NCBI GenBank assembly: GCA_019752815.1
Contig: JAIELQ010000007.1
Coordinates: 40,922 to 104,921 of the forward strand
Length of the DNA: 64,000 bases
Reading direction: 5' to 3'
From: Patescibacteria group bacterium
GTDB taxonomy: Bacteria; Patescibacteriota; Minisyncoccia; Phycocordibacterales; UBA918
The notes beneath the pieces are model-generated. The model made no database searches and was not told where the DNA came from. It saw nothing but the letters and a program-made list of their open reading frames with translations. Within the stretch, counting starts at the first letter, position 1. Each line of letters opens with the position of its first letter. Shown piece by piece: positions 9,963 through 19,762 of this stretch. The position numbers and the translations under genes were made by a program.

Positions 9963-10694
9963 ATGCGTACCCTCATCTTTGATATCGAAACAGTAGGGGA
10001 AGTATGGGAAGATTTTGATGAGGTAACACAACGTGTGTTAACCAGATGGATTGATCGTTCAGTAAAAAATAATGAGGAACGTGATTTGCAACTCAAGGAT
10101 TTGCGTGAGGGCTTAGGTTTCTCACCATTGACTGGTCACATAGTTGCAATTGGGGTTTATGATTTAGAGAGATCGCAAGGTGCGGTGTATTACGTTGGTA
10201 ACGGTAATGAAGTCGACGATGAGGTGGGAGATTTTATCTACAAGAAGCGAACCGAAGCAGAAATGCTGCAAGAGTTCTGGGACGGTGCACGTGAATACGA
10301 CACATTTGTCACATTTAATGGTCGATCGTTTGATATCCCGTTTATTAACCACCGCAGTGTAGTCCATCGGATTACACCCAGTCGGGAACTAATGAAATAT
10401 CGGTACCTTTCTCAACAATCGGCACCATATCATATTGATTTACAAGATGAGCTCACCTGGTATGGGGCGATGATCAAGCGCCCAAGCCTGCATTTATTTT
10501 GCCGTGCCTATGGTATCACGAGTCCTAAAGGTGACGGTATTAGTGGTGATGATGTTGCAGGATTGTTTGCTCAAAAAAAGTTCCGCGAGATTGCGCAGTA
10601 TAATACCCGTGATGTAGTTGCGACTAAGGAGTTGTATGAGTTATGGTTCAAAAATTTAGCTCCCACGAGTTTTCTTAATATGCTTGATTTTTAA
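9963..10694 (+). CDS. Stand-alone DEDD 3'-5' exonuclease (PolB-exonuclease-like)
   Basis: ExoI FDIET, ExoII VTFNGRSFDIPFI, ExoIII YNTRDV. Confidence 0.9.
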   Translation: MRTLIFDIETVGEVWEDFDEVTQRVLTRWIDRSVKNNEERDLQLKDLREGLGFSPLTGHIVAIGVYDLERSQGAVYYVGNGNEVDDEVGDFIYKKRTEAEMLQEFWDGAREYDTFVTFNGRSFDIPFINHRSVVHRITPSRELMKYRYLSQQSAPYHIDLQDELTWYGAMIKRPSLHLFCRAYGITSPKGDGISGDDVAGLFAQKKFREIAQYNTRDVVATKELYELWFKNLAPTSFLNMLDF

Positions 10695-10740
10695 CAAAAA
10701 ATGTAGTTCAATCAACACAGAAACATTGTGGGAGATTTCA

Positions 10741-11145
10741 ATGGGAGTTTGGTGGCAAGATGTCAGTGTGCGTGTGCCTAAGCAGGTCGTTCGGTTTGAG
10801 GGCGATACATCAGCGATTTCAAAACGATTGCCTGTATTCTGGCGGTTTGGTCAAGATTGGCATTGTCTGAGTGTGTCTGGTGATTACGAGTCTGGCTACC
10901 GTCTCTATTTTTCAACTGGTCATCATCAGATGTCGCACAGGGCACTCATCAGAGCCAGGTTTGTGATGGTTCGAGAAGGTAGAGAGCCTGTTGTATTTTG
11001 GGCGGAAGATGAGTACGGTAAGCAGCTTGAGTTGCTCAAAACTGGACGCATGGTTCCAGCTCATTGGCACAGACCTGACCGTTCAAGTCCAGATGCAACT
11101 CGCATGTCTCTGCTCAAAGAAATGGGTGACATTACTTGGGTCTGA
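10741..11145 (+). CDS. Hypothetical protein
   Basis: GGGAG SD-like site before ATG 10741, with a terminator hairpin after the stop. No recognisable motif. Confidence 0.55.
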   Translation: MGVWWQDVSVRVPKQVVRFEGDTSAISKRLPVFWRFGQDWHCLSVSGDYESGYRLYFSTGHHQMSHRALIRARFVMVREGREPVVFWAEDEYGKQLELLKTGRMVPAHWHRPDRSSPDATRMSLLKEMGDITWV

Positions 11146-11155
11146 GTTATTAAGT

Positions 11156-11182
11156 AAAGGCGCGCCCACAAGCGCGCCTTTT
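11156..11182 (+). terminator. Intrinsic terminator
   Basis: aaaggcgcgc-ccacaa-gcgcgcctttt. Confidence 0.7.
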
Positions 11183-11196
11183 GTTATACTTTCAAT

Positions 11197-11757
11197 ATGA
11201 AAATACTCGCCATAGCCGACCGACCGCCGAAAAAAGCAATTAGTGAAATCGTTTTGGAAGAAAAGATTGACCTCATTATTACCTTGGGAGACCTTGAGTA
11301 TACTGAAATTGCTGAATTAGAGTATATAAAAGATATTCCTAAAATTGGCGTATACGGTAACCACAGCACGCCCGGTTATATGGAGCTATTAGGTATCACT
11401 AATCTTCATCTGGCAACAACTGAAATCAATAGAGTTACTTTTGGTGGTTTTGAGGGTTCACATAAGTACAAAAAAGATGAATTTGCAAAAATGTATACCC
11501 AAGATGAGGCGTTAGGGCTCATGAGTGAATTTCCCTACGTTGATGTATTTATTGCTCACTCACCGCCAGCGGGAATCAATGATGAAGATGATCCGGCGCA
11601 TCAGGGATTGTTGGCATTACGGCAGTATCTAGATAGGAATAAACCCAGATATTTTTTACATGGACACACCTACCCAACTCAAGCAAACATTGTTACTGAA
11701 TACAATGGCACTCAAATAATATACGTGACCGCAGATCAAGTAATGACTTTAATCTAA
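11197..11757 (+). CDS. Calcineurin-like metallophosphoesterase
   Basis: ILAIAD, LGD, GNH, HSPP, HGHTY motifs. Confidence 0.88.
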   Translation: MKILAIADRPPKKAISEIVLEEKIDLIITLGDLEYTEIAELEYIKDIPKIGVYGNHSTPGYMELLGITNLHLATTEINRVTFGGFEGSHKYKKDEFAKMYTQDEALGLMSEFPYVDVFIAHSPPAGINDEDDPAHQGLLALRQYLDRNKPRYFLHGHTYPTQANIVTEYNGTQIIYVTADQVMTLI

Positions 11758-11811
11758 AATATTTAAATCGGTTATAGCTTCAAGTGCATTACGTCTGATA
11801 CAATTATAAAT

Positions 11812-12444
11812 ATGAAATCAATCCTGGCGTTATTGGCAGATTTTGCAAATGGAATTTTTGCGGTATTGATTGCCTGTGCAGTCTACGACATATCACCTCA
11901 ATGGTGGTATTTTTTAATCGGGTTGCCACTGGCGATGTTGCCAGACATTGATGCGATTCCAGAGTTGTTAAAACGGGGGAGAGTTAGTAGTGATGCAAGC
12001 TATACACGTGATCATAGAACATTTTTACATTACCCAATTATCTCTGTCGTTATCTTCACACCGGTATTTTTATATGGTGGTTTTTGGGGTTTGGTGGTGG
12101 TACTGGCTGTGTTGCTCCATCTACTCAACGATTTGTACGGGACAGGCTGGGGGTTGCAGCTTCTATGGCCGCTATCTACCCGACACTACAAATTTTTTGG
12201 TCGTCGGGCCAATCGATTGCGGTCAATGTTGGCTGACGGTGGGTATTTGCAGGAGCTTCCTATAGAAGAAACAAAATTACGTTTTATGGTGTCATGGTCA
12301 AAAGCCGAATTGGCAGATTATATTACCCGATTTGGGGTGGATAATTGGATTATTCATTGGTATTTGCGACCTAATTGGGTGTCTGTGGTAGAGTATTCAT
12401 TATTCCTGATAGCCACAACGCTGATGATTGTAAGTCTTGTTTAA
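11812..12444 (+). CDS. YdjM-like membrane metal-dependent hydrolase
   Basis: LPDID, HRTFLH, HLLND, LLWP motifs with TM segments. Confidence 0.8.
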   Translation: MKSILALLADFANGIFAVLIACAVYDISPQWWYFLIGLPLAMLPDIDAIPELLKRGRVSSDASYTRDHRTFLHYPIISVVIFTPVFLYGGFWGLVVVLAVLLHLLNDLYGTGWGLQLLWPLSTRHYKFFGRRANRLRSMLADGGYLQELPIEETKLRFMVSWSKAELADYITRFGVDNWIIHWYLRPNWVSVVEYSLFLIATTLMIVSLV

Positions 12445-12445
12445 C

Positions 12446-12616
12446 TATGAAAAAAACATTTCCCGAAGGATTTTATTGGGGTGAGAAAGTGCATAGGTAC
12501 TTTCGCAAGACCTTGCCTAGTATTTTTGTAAAAAATACTGACAAGGTGTACAGCTTCTGTAAGAAGGGCCACTTTTAACATATGAAAAAAACATTTCCCG
12601 AAGGATTTTACTGGGG
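12446..12616 (+). repeat. 36-nt direct duplication of the GH1 gene start (12446-12481 and 12581-12616)
   Basis: tatgaaaaaaacatttcccgaaggatttta(t/c)tgggg occurs twice, 135 nt apart, with one synonymous mismatch. Confidence 0.95.
12481..12566 (+). repeat. Family F three-hairpin element, copy F1
   Basis: GTGAGAAagtgc-atag-gtactTTCGCAAGA-ccttg...tttttGTAaaaaa...caagg-TGTACAG-CTTCTGTAAGAAG. Homologous to 49765-49846 and 52082-52166. Confidence 0.85.
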
Positions 12617-13808
12617 ATCGGCTACGGCAAGTTACCAAGTCGAAGGAGGTATTGAAAACACTGATTGGGCCCAAGCTGCCCGTGAAGGTCGCGTGCCAGA
12701 ATGTGGCGTTGCCTGTGAACACTTCACCCGTTATGAAGCCGATTTTGATTTAGCCAAGGAATTGGGACACACTGCCCATCGGTTGTCGGTTGAGTGGGCG
12801 CGCATTGAACCAGTGCCGGGTGAATTTGATTCGCAAGCAATTGCACACTATAGGCGGGTACTCGAGGCGCTACATGCTCGTAAACTAAAACCCTATGTAA
12901 CAATTTGGCATTTCACCCAGCCGTTATGGTTTAGTGAGAAAGGTGGTTTTGAACAAAAAAATGCCCCGCAAATTTTTGCTCGGTACAGTGCGCATGTGGT
13001 ACGAGAATTGGGGGATTTATGTGACCATTTTTCGACCATGAACGAACCAAATGTGTTTGCAAGTAATGGCTGGCTCCGCGGTTCATGGCCACCATTTAAA
13101 CGGTTTGCGATTACCGACATGGTGTCGATTACTAATTCCGGCAAGATGCTTGATTCCAAGGCTAGTAAAGGATTTAAACCACTTTTTTTGTACTTCCGGG
13201 TGATGAAGAATTTAGCTCTGGCGCACAATGCGGCCTACCACGCAATTAAAAAAGTGTCTCCACAGACAGAAGTTAGTTTTGTGCATCATGTGATTGTATT
13301 TGATGCGAATTGGAATCCTTTTAATAAAATAAAAGCTTGGATTGCAAATTATATGTGGACGTATAAGTTTTTGAATCGCACAAAAAACTGCTGTGACTCC
13401 TTGGGACTTAACTACTATTTTTATACCCAATTTGGCGACAAGCGGGTGTGGCGCAAGACGGACATGGATTGGAACTTTGCGCCAGAAAAAATTGAGGTGG
13501 CGCTGTTGATGTTGGCCAAAACAAAGCTACCGTTGTTTGTCAGCGAAGGGGGTGTAGCTGATGCGGTCGATAGTATGCGGGCTGAGTATATCAAGCTTCA
13601 AGTTCTCGGTACCTGGCGCGCCATCCAACAAGGAGCTGATGTGCGGGGACATATGTACTGGTCCTTGTTGGATAACTACGAATGGGCGTTGGGGTTTGGG
13701 ATGCGCTTTGGATTGATTGCGGTTGATTATGAAAATCAAGTACGGACACCACGACCGTCTGCTTACGTGTATAAACAAATTTGTGAAAGCAATGCTGTAG
13801 TAGAATAA
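12582..13808 (+). CDS. Glycoside hydrolase family 1 beta-glucosidase
   Basis: FPEGFYWGSATASYQVEGG, RLSVEWARIEP, TMNEP acid/base, VSEGG nucleophile region, WSLLDNYEW, RFGL. Confidence 0.95.
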   Translation: MKKTFPEGFYWGSATASYQVEGGIENTDWAQAAREGRVPECGVACEHFTRYEADFDLAKELGHTAHRLSVEWARIEPVPGEFDSQAIAHYRRVLEALHARKLKPYVTIWHFTQPLWFSEKGGFEQKNAPQIFARYSAHVVRELGDLCDHFSTMNEPNVFASNGWLRGSWPPFKRFAITDMVSITNSGKMLDSKASKGFKPLFLYFRVMKNLALAHNAAYHAIKKVSPQTEVSFVHHVIVFDANWNPFNKIKAWIANYMWTYKFLNRTKNCCDSLGLNYYFYTQFGDKRVWRKTDMDWNFAPEKIEVALLMLAKTKLPLFVSEGGVADAVDSMRAEYIKLQVLGTWRAIQQGADVRGHMYWSLLDNYEWALGFGMRFGLIAVDYENQVRTPRPSAYVYKQICESNAVVE

Positions 13809-13815
13809 GGGTGTA

Positions 13816-14748
13816 ATGGCGTGGATACTACTGGCGACCCTGGGACAGTTCCTCAATGCTCTGGTGGCGTTTTTGGATAAGTACATAGTTTCTGACGAAG
13901 CGGCCCTGCCGAAGCCGTTTGTGTACGCATTTTATTCGTGCATATTAACCGGCGGTTGGGCAATTATCTATTTCCTCGGTTTTATTCCTGGATTGAGTGA
14001 AATTGGTTTTCCCCATTTTGAAAATGTACAGGCGCCGACTATTCAAGTAGTGGCGATGTCGTTTTTTGCGGCGTATACGTTTTTTATGGCGCTGGTGTCA
14101 ATGTATTCGGCACTGCGTAACGCCGAAGCGGTAAATGTAATGCCAGTAATTGGTGCGGTATCAGCTATTTCATCGTTTGGACTGGTGTATCTATTCCTTG
14201 ATGTAGCATTCTCACCAAATTTTATGTGGGGGGTAGTGGTACTGTCGCTGGGGACGCTTTTGGTAGCACAAACTATTCCAAAAATGGAAGATGTCATCCA
14301 TGTATTTCATAGTGGTATTTTCTTTGCGCTGCACTTTATTACGATGAAGGGGTTGTTCCTTGAGACCAACTTTGATGATGGATTCTTTTGGTCACGTATT
14401 TGTTTTGTATTGTTTGCGCTTTCATTGCTCTTGGTGCCAACCTATTATAAAAAAATTCGGGAACAAACGGGAGCTACTACTAAAAAAACTGGAGTTCTCG
14501 TTATTGCTACTAAAATCTTAGCTGGGGTAGCAGCGTTTATGTTACTCAAAGCGACCGATATGGGAGATGTGGCAGTTGTGCAGGCACTTGATGGCGTAAA
14601 GTTTGTGTTTATTCTTTTGATTACAATCATTTTTGCTTCGCTATTGCCTGACACGGTGGCCGTCCACGAACCAAAACCACGTGAGGTGATGCGACGGGTA
14701 TTGTATGTGATGGTGATTGCAGTAGGATATTTCATTCTCTTCACCTGA
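13816..14748 (+). CDS. EamA/DMT-superfamily membrane protein
   Basis: About 10 TM helices with two-repeat DMT architecture. Confidence 0.7.
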   Translation: MAWILLATLGQFLNALVAFLDKYIVSDEAALPKPFVYAFYSCILTGGWAIIYFLGFIPGLSEIGFPHFENVQAPTIQVVAMSFFAAYTFFMALVSMYSALRNAEAVNVMPVIGAVSAISSFGLVYLFLDVAFSPNFMWGVVVLSLGTLLVAQTIPKMEDVIHVFHSGIFFALHFITMKGLFLETNFDDGFFWSRICFVLFALSLLLVPTYYKKIREQTGATTKKTGVLVIATKILAGVAAFMLLKATDMGDVAVVQALDGVKFVFILLITIIFASLLPDTVAVHEPKPREVMRRVLYVMVIAVGYFILFT

Positions 14749-14871
14749 TAAGGCCTGAAAACGGCGTATTTCGTTGTTGCACTGCGTAAAATTTTGTTCA
14801 CCGTACGAAAAGTACGGCTCACGAAAATTTTACTTGTGCGCCTAGAACTACACTCGTTTTAAGGACTTATC
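14747..14871 (+). repeat. Family E palindromic element, copy E3
   Basis: gataaggcctgaaaacg/cgttttaaggacttatc IR overlapping the TGA. Core TCAcCGTAC-gaaaa-GTACGgCTC. Confidence 0.85.
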
Positions 14872-14927
14872 CAAAATTTAAAAAATACTATAAACCAGCC
14901 TGATATAATAATTATTAATAAAGATAT

Positions 14928-15959
14928 ATGAAATTAGCTCACGGGATGAAATGGCTTAAACGAATTTTAATAACACTTCTGGTGCTAACGGCTGTTGTTG
15001 CTGGGCTGTTGCTTTGGCTCGCGCAAAAATCGATACCAGAAACTATTACGTATGGGATGTCGTTTAACACTATGTATGCTCGTGAGTTGGGTCTTGACTG
15101 GCAGGAGACATACGATGCTATTTTAGACGAGTTAGGAGTGCGGCATTTGCGGTTAGCGGCTCACTGGCCAATGATCGAACCCGTACCCGGTACCTATAAT
15201 TTTGAGGAGCTTGATTACCAGATTGAAAAAGCTGAGGCGGTAGGAGCGACCGTGATTTTAGCAGTGGGACGACGATTGCCCCGTTGGCCGGAATGTCATG
15301 TGCCTGAATGGGCGCGTGACCAGTCATGGGAAGCTCAAAAAGCAGAGCTGGTAGATTATATTACGGCGGTGGTCACACGGTATAAGGATAGTCCAGCCGT
15401 CACAGTTTGGCAGGTTGAAAATGAGCCATATCTTAGTTTATTTGCTTTTGAACACTGTGGTCCGCTCGATGAAGAATTTTTGAAGCAAGAAATTGCTTTG
15501 GTAAAATCTCTTGATGGCACGCGGCCAATATTGGTAACTGATAGTGGGAATTTAGGAACGTGGAAAGGTGCATATAGAAATGGTGATATGTTTGGCACGA
15601 GTGTGTACGTGCATTTTTGGAATCCGGAACTGGGGCAATTTCGTACATTTCTACCGCCCTGGTTCTATCGGGTAAAAGAAAATGTGGTAGCACTATTCTA
15701 TGGCGAAAAACCGACGTACCTGATTGAACTCTCTGCTGAGCCCTGGCTTGTGGCACCAGTCGTAGAGGTTGATCTTGCGACCCAATTTACCCGGATGGAT
15801 ATTGATAAATTTAATGATATCTTAGCGTACGCTAAAGCTACACGGTACGACAAACAGTATTTATGGGGCGCAGAATGGTGGTATTGGCTTTTACTACAAA
15901 ACGAGCCTGCCATGTGGGAACGGGGTAAAGAGTTGTATGCAAACGGTGTAGTTGAATAA
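14928..15959 (+). CDS. Membrane-anchored clan GH-A glycoside hydrolase (GH42/GH5-like)
   Basis: N-terminal TM. WPMIEPVPGTYNFEELD, WQVENEP acid/base, IELSAEPW, LWGAEWW. Confidence 0.78.
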   Translation: MKLAHGMKWLKRILITLLVLTAVVAGLLLWLAQKSIPETITYGMSFNTMYARELGLDWQETYDAILDELGVRHLRLAAHWPMIEPVPGTYNFEELDYQIEKAEAVGATVILAVGRRLPRWPECHVPEWARDQSWEAQKAELVDYITAVVTRYKDSPAVTVWQVENEPYLSLFAFEHCGPLDEEFLKQEIALVKSLDGTRPILVTDSGNLGTWKGAYRNGDMFGTSVYVHFWNPELGQFRTFLPPWFYRVKENVVALFYGEKPTYLIELSAEPWLVAPVVEVDLATQFTRMDIDKFNDILAYAKATRYDKQYLWGAEWWYWLLLQNEPAMWERGKELYANGVVE

Positions 15960-15964
15960 CGTGT

Positions 15965-16291
15965 ATGATTAAAAAAATAAACGACAACAAAACGCAGATT
16001 TTGCAATCAAGTAAACGGTTGACAGAAACTGCACTCAATACGGTTGACGGTGTAGTTACCAAAGCCACTACCGAAGTAGATACGTACATTAGCCCCATTC
16101 GGAGTTCTGTACTGCGTCGGTTCCCAGTTTTATTTTCCCTCCTGACAACACTCGGTGTAGCAACGACGTTCCTGGGCTTTGAAAAAATAGTTTCAACTAT
16201 TCCAGTACTTGATAAAAATCCAGTTATTATGTTGATACTTGGGATTATCATATTGGCGGCAACTGGTACACTGTATAAGAAATTATCGTAA
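15965..16291 (+). CDS. Hypothetical 2-TM membrane protein
   Basis: Operonic spacing and two hydrophobic helices. Confidence 0.7.
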   Translation: MIKKINDNKTQILQSSKRLTETALNTVDGVVTKATTEVDTYISPIRSSVLRRFPVLFSLLTTLGVATTFLGFEKIVSTIPVLDKNPVIMLILGIIILAATGTLYKKLS

Positions 16292-16294
16292 CGT

Positions 16295-16465
16295 ATGAGT
16301 TTTTGGCATTTTGTATTTTCTTTTTTATATGTCCGTAATTGGCATACGGGTGAAAAAGAGCTCTCTCGCCCACGGGTGGCACTGTTTGCTGCCGGTGTTT
16401 TTTTGGTGCTGTTGTCGCTTTCACTCATTAGTTTTTTACAAACTCCGACAGTGTATGTGCCCTAG
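16295..16465 (+). CDS. Small membrane protein, 56 aa (below the ORF-track cutoff)
   Basis: MSFWHFVFSFLYVRNWHTGEKELSRPRVALFAAGVFLVLLSLSLISFLQTPTVYVP. Starts 3 nt after the previous stop. Confidence 0.6.
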   Translation: MSFWHFVFSFLYVRNWHTGEKELSRPRVALFAAGVFLVLLSLSLISFLQTPTVYVP

Positions 16466-16477
16466 CTAATGTGTAGT

Positions 16478-16564
16478 ATGTCAAAGATTTTTCTAGGGCT
16501 TCTTATCGTTGCGGTATGTACGGTGATCGTAGTCTTTACTTTGGTGCAGTTATCGATAAATTAA
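16478..16564 (+). CDS. Possible 28-aa single-TM peptide
   Basis: MSKIFLGLLIVAVCTVIVVFTLVQLSIN fills the intergenic gap. Confidence 0.3.
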   Translation: MSKIFLGLLIVAVCTVIVVFTLVQLSIN

Positions 16565-16604
16565 TGTTGAGTTTTAGGAAAAAATAAGCAATACTAGGTA
16601 TATC

Positions 16605-17705
16605 ATGAAATATTTCTTGCTTGTTGCGTTGCTGGTTTTAATGCCGCTTGAGGGGTTGCTCGCAAATACGGTAGTACGTTCAGGCGAAACGGTCACGTTG
16701 ACTGCCAATCAATCAATTGATGGTAGTTTCTATGTGGTCGGAGGAACAGTGGCTCTATCGGGCAAAGTAGCTGGAGATACAACTATTATCGGCGGTAATG
16801 TTACGGTCGGGGGAGAATTAACTGAAGATCTGGCAATTTTAGCCGGGACGGTTAGTTTGCAGTCTCCAGTGACAGAAGATGTGCGCATTGTGGCTGGGCA
16901 AGTAACTATAACCGAAGATGTGGGCGGTAACTTGGTGGTGGTAGCAGGGAAATTAACTATTTCATCTGAAGCAAAAATTACCGGTGATGTTCTGTTTTAT
17001 GGTGGAGAGCTGGTGGTGGAGGGATCAATTGGTGGCAAGCTCTTGGGTGGTGCGGAAAATGTGCGGGTTGATACCGATGTGTTGGGTGGAATTGACATGA
17101 AGGCACGACAGTTAACATTGGGTGAGCAAGCTAATATAACTGGGAACGTTGAATATACCAGTGATGCTGATTTGGTGCGGGCGCCCGGAGCAGTAGTGAC
17201 GGGAGATGTGGTTAAAAATGCGCTGGTAACTGATGATGTGCAGGAAACCAATACTCGTTCTATTGCCATTATGTTTTTGGTGTCGTTATTTGCTACCCTC
17301 AGTTTGTACCTACTATTTAGACGACGGGTAGAATCGTTTGCTCAGTCCGTGCGCGCGGGGCTTTTGGTAAAAACGGTTGTTGGGTTTGTAACCGTATTCA
17401 TGGCTCCCTTATTAATTATAATTTTGATTGTCAGTATTCTGGGGTCATTAGTAGGATTAATTGCGTTATCCTTGTTTGCTCTACTACTCGCACTGAGTGT
17501 GCCACTTGTGGCGGTGACAGCCGGATCTCTTTTGGCTTCAATGATTGACGCAAAAAGTAAAATTACGGTACCGTACATTTTGCTTGGAGCGGTAGCGGTT
17601 CATATTAGTCTCCTCGTGCCGATATTTGGTGCAGTAGTAGTGATGTTCTTGTTCTTGGCAACAATCGGTTCACTCGTTGATCAGATCTATAAACGCGCAC
17701 GATAA
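16605..17705 (+). CDS. Bactofilin/polymer-forming beta-helix repeat membrane protein
   Basis: Signal peptide, repeated (I/V)xG(D/N)xxxxGGxVx units, then several C-terminal TM helices. Confidence 0.75.
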   Translation: MKYFLLVALLVLMPLEGLLANTVVRSGETVTLTANQSIDGSFYVVGGTVALSGKVAGDTTIIGGNVTVGGELTEDLAILAGTVSLQSPVTEDVRIVAGQVTITEDVGGNLVVVAGKLTISSEAKITGDVLFYGGELVVEGSIGGKLLGGAENVRVDTDVLGGIDMKARQLTLGEQANITGNVEYTSDADLVRAPGAVVTGDVVKNALVTDDVQETNTRSIAIMFLVSLFATLSLYLLFRRRVESFAQSVRAGLLVKTVVGFVTVFMAPLLIIILIVSILGSLVGLIALSLFALLLALSVPLVAVTAGSLLASMIDAKSKITVPYILLGAVAVHISLLVPIFGAVVVMFLFLATIGSLVDQIYKRAR

Positions 17706-17782
17706 TAGTCATAGTGCCTTGAAAATAGCCCTTCACGGGCTTTTTTTCATGCGGTCCTAAAAATGCTATACTGAGGGTACAT

Positions 17783-18727
17783 ATGTGGAATAATTTCTGT
17801 GCGGTTGTCCTCGACTTGTTTTGGTTTGCACTTGGTGTCCGTCATAAACAAGAGATTTTTGTGTATGGAAATGCGGGGGAACAAGGTCTGTTTTCTCAGT
17901 ATAAACTCGCCGCTAACAATAGAGTAGAGCTGACGGCACCGGACAGCCCTATGTTCCTTGCCGCACCAACTACTCCACCCTTACTACCAATCAAAACAAT
18001 AGAATCAACTCATGCACAAACAACAGTGTCACACACAAAAGAAACAGAAGCCGTTGTTTCTGATTCAGCAATTCTGCACGCGCCGGTCGTGATGTATGTC
18101 TGCACTCACTCAGGGACGCCGTGTGTGCATGCACCGCAAATGGATTTTGATTCTGTAATTGAAATTCTGCCGTACGGTACTGCGGTGACGGTAATTGGGT
18201 ATCAAGGTCGCTTTGCCAGTGTGAATCGTTCTAACATTACAGGCTGGATAGACAAAGACGCCCTCACACCTCAGAAAAATACTGTATGGCCTTCATTTGT
18301 GTCTGGGGTGACGTATGGTGTCGATGCGCCAGAGACCATAATGACGCGTACGATTATTTCAGATATGTTTGGCGCTCATGAGCTTGGGCTACCGCTTCAA
18401 GCGGGTGAGTACATCACCGTGCGTTTAAAATCAGAACACCGCAGTATTTCCTGGAGTCGTAAACGGCCGCGTACAGCTGGTTCATGGGCGACGCTTTTGC
18501 GTGGGACTCTAGGTATCCATATTGGTGTAACGCCAAAGACAGATACAATTATGGAATGGCAAACCGAAGGAGGTGAAGGAAGACTGGGGTATGTCGAAGC
18601 GGTTGCTCCGGATCTCACGATTACCATCAGTGCTGTGGGGGTTGAAGAAGCAGGACGGTATACCGTAAAAACAATGACAGAGGAAATTTGGCGCGAATTA
18701 CGACCGGTTTTTATTGAGGTGGCGTAA
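17783..18727 (+). CDS. Hypothetical protein with bacterial SH3-like domain
   Basis: VIEILPYGTAVTVIGYQGRFASV...TGWI is SH3b-like. C-terminal GRLGYVEAV is CHAP-like but lacks an obvious catalytic His. Confidence 0.6.
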   Translation: MWNNFCAVVLDLFWFALGVRHKQEIFVYGNAGEQGLFSQYKLAANNRVELTAPDSPMFLAAPTTPPLLPIKTIESTHAQTTVSHTKETEAVVSDSAILHAPVVMYVCTHSGTPCVHAPQMDFDSVIEILPYGTAVTVIGYQGRFASVNRSNITGWIDKDALTPQKNTVWPSFVSGVTYGVDAPETIMTRTIISDMFGAHELGLPLQAGEYITVRLKSEHRSISWSRKRPRTAGSWATLLRGTLGIHIGVTPKTDTIMEWQTEGGEGRLGYVEAVAPDLTITISAVGVEEAGRYTVKTMTEEIWRELRPVFIEVA

Positions 18728-18767
18728 CATTCTAGTAGATTTTTTTGTAACACGATATACTAGATAC

Positions 18768-19457
18768 ATGCAACAATCAGTAGCTTTCTTTGATATCGAC
18801 GGCACCATTTTCCGGTCTAGTTTATTGATTGAGCTGGTAGAAGCATTGATTAAAGATGGTGTTTTCCCGGCTGAAGTTACCGATATGTATCGAACTGAAT
18901 ACACCGCCTGGCGTAATCGAGAGGGGACATACGATGAGTATATCGGCGCCATTATTGATGCCTACTTATCTCATATTAAAGGAGTTCACTATGGAGTCTT
19001 TGCGGATGTAGGCAGGCGAGTGGTATCTCTTCACCGTAAACGGGTTTATCGGTATACTCGTGATTTGGTTGCCGAGCTAAAGAGCAAGGGCTACTACGTT
19101 ATTGCTATTTCTCAATCACCCAAAACTGTTCTGGACGCGTTTTGTAAGGAGTATGGGTTTGATAAGGTATACGGGCGAATCTATGAAATCGGGCCGCAAG
19201 ATCAGTTTACGGGAAATGTTACCGACGAACACTTGATTGAAAATAAAGCCAACATCGTAAAACGAGTATTTGAACATCATCCAGAGTTAACGCGGACAGG
19301 CTCAATTGCAGTGGGTGACACAGATGGCGATATTCCGTTGCTTGAATCAGTAGAAACTGCCATTTGTTTTAATCCTAATGAAACACTGTATAAGTATGCC
19401 AAGCGGATGGGATGGAAGATTGTAGTGGAACGAAAAGACGTTATTTATCACTTGTAA
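18768..19457 (+). CDS. HAD-superfamily IB hydrolase (SerB-like)
   Basis: FFDIDGT, ISQS, conserved K, AVGDTDGDIPLL, FNP. Confidence 0.9.
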   Translation: MQQSVAFFDIDGTIFRSSLLIELVEALIKDGVFPAEVTDMYRTEYTAWRNREGTYDEYIGAIIDAYLSHIKGVHYGVFADVGRRVVSLHRKRVYRYTRDLVAELKSKGYYVIAISQSPKTVLDAFCKEYGFDKVYGRIYEIGPQDQFTGNVTDEHLIENKANIVKRVFEHHPELTRTGSIAVGDTDGDIPLLESVETAICFNPNETLYKYAKRMGWKIVVERKDVIYHL

Positions 19458-19468
19458 ACTAAACAATT

Positions 19469-19693
19469 ATGACCACAAAACGAGTGTATCGAGATCAAGA
19501 AACTGCTGTAGTTGCTGGTGTATTATCAGGCCTCGCGCAATATTTTAAACAAGACCCGGTTGTATTCAGACTCGTGGCAATCATTCTCCTTATTCTTACT
19601 GGAGTGTTCCCGGGAGTGTTATTTTACATCGTTGCGTGGCTGATTGTTCCGCGTAAACCAAAAATGGAAGCCGACTACACTATTGTTGAGTAA
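19469..19693 (+). CDS. pspC: PspC domain protein
   Basis: KRVYRD...VAGVLSGLAQYF..DPVVFRL...YIVAWLIVP. Confidence 0.88.
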   Translation: MTTKRVYRDQETAVVAGVLSGLAQYFKQDPVVFRLVAIILLILTGVFPGVLFYIVAWLIVPRKPKMEADYTIVE

Positions 19694-19705
19694 TTAATCG
19701 GGATG

Positions 19706-19749
19706 TAACCAATCTGACCTTTCAGCTAACTGAAAGGTCAGATTGGTTA
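19706..19749. repeat. Perfect 20-bp inverted repeat
   Basis: taaccaatctgacctttcag-ctaa-ctgaaaggtcagattggtta, with no U-tract. Confidence 0.9.
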
Positions 19750-19762
19750 GTGTATTTAGAAA

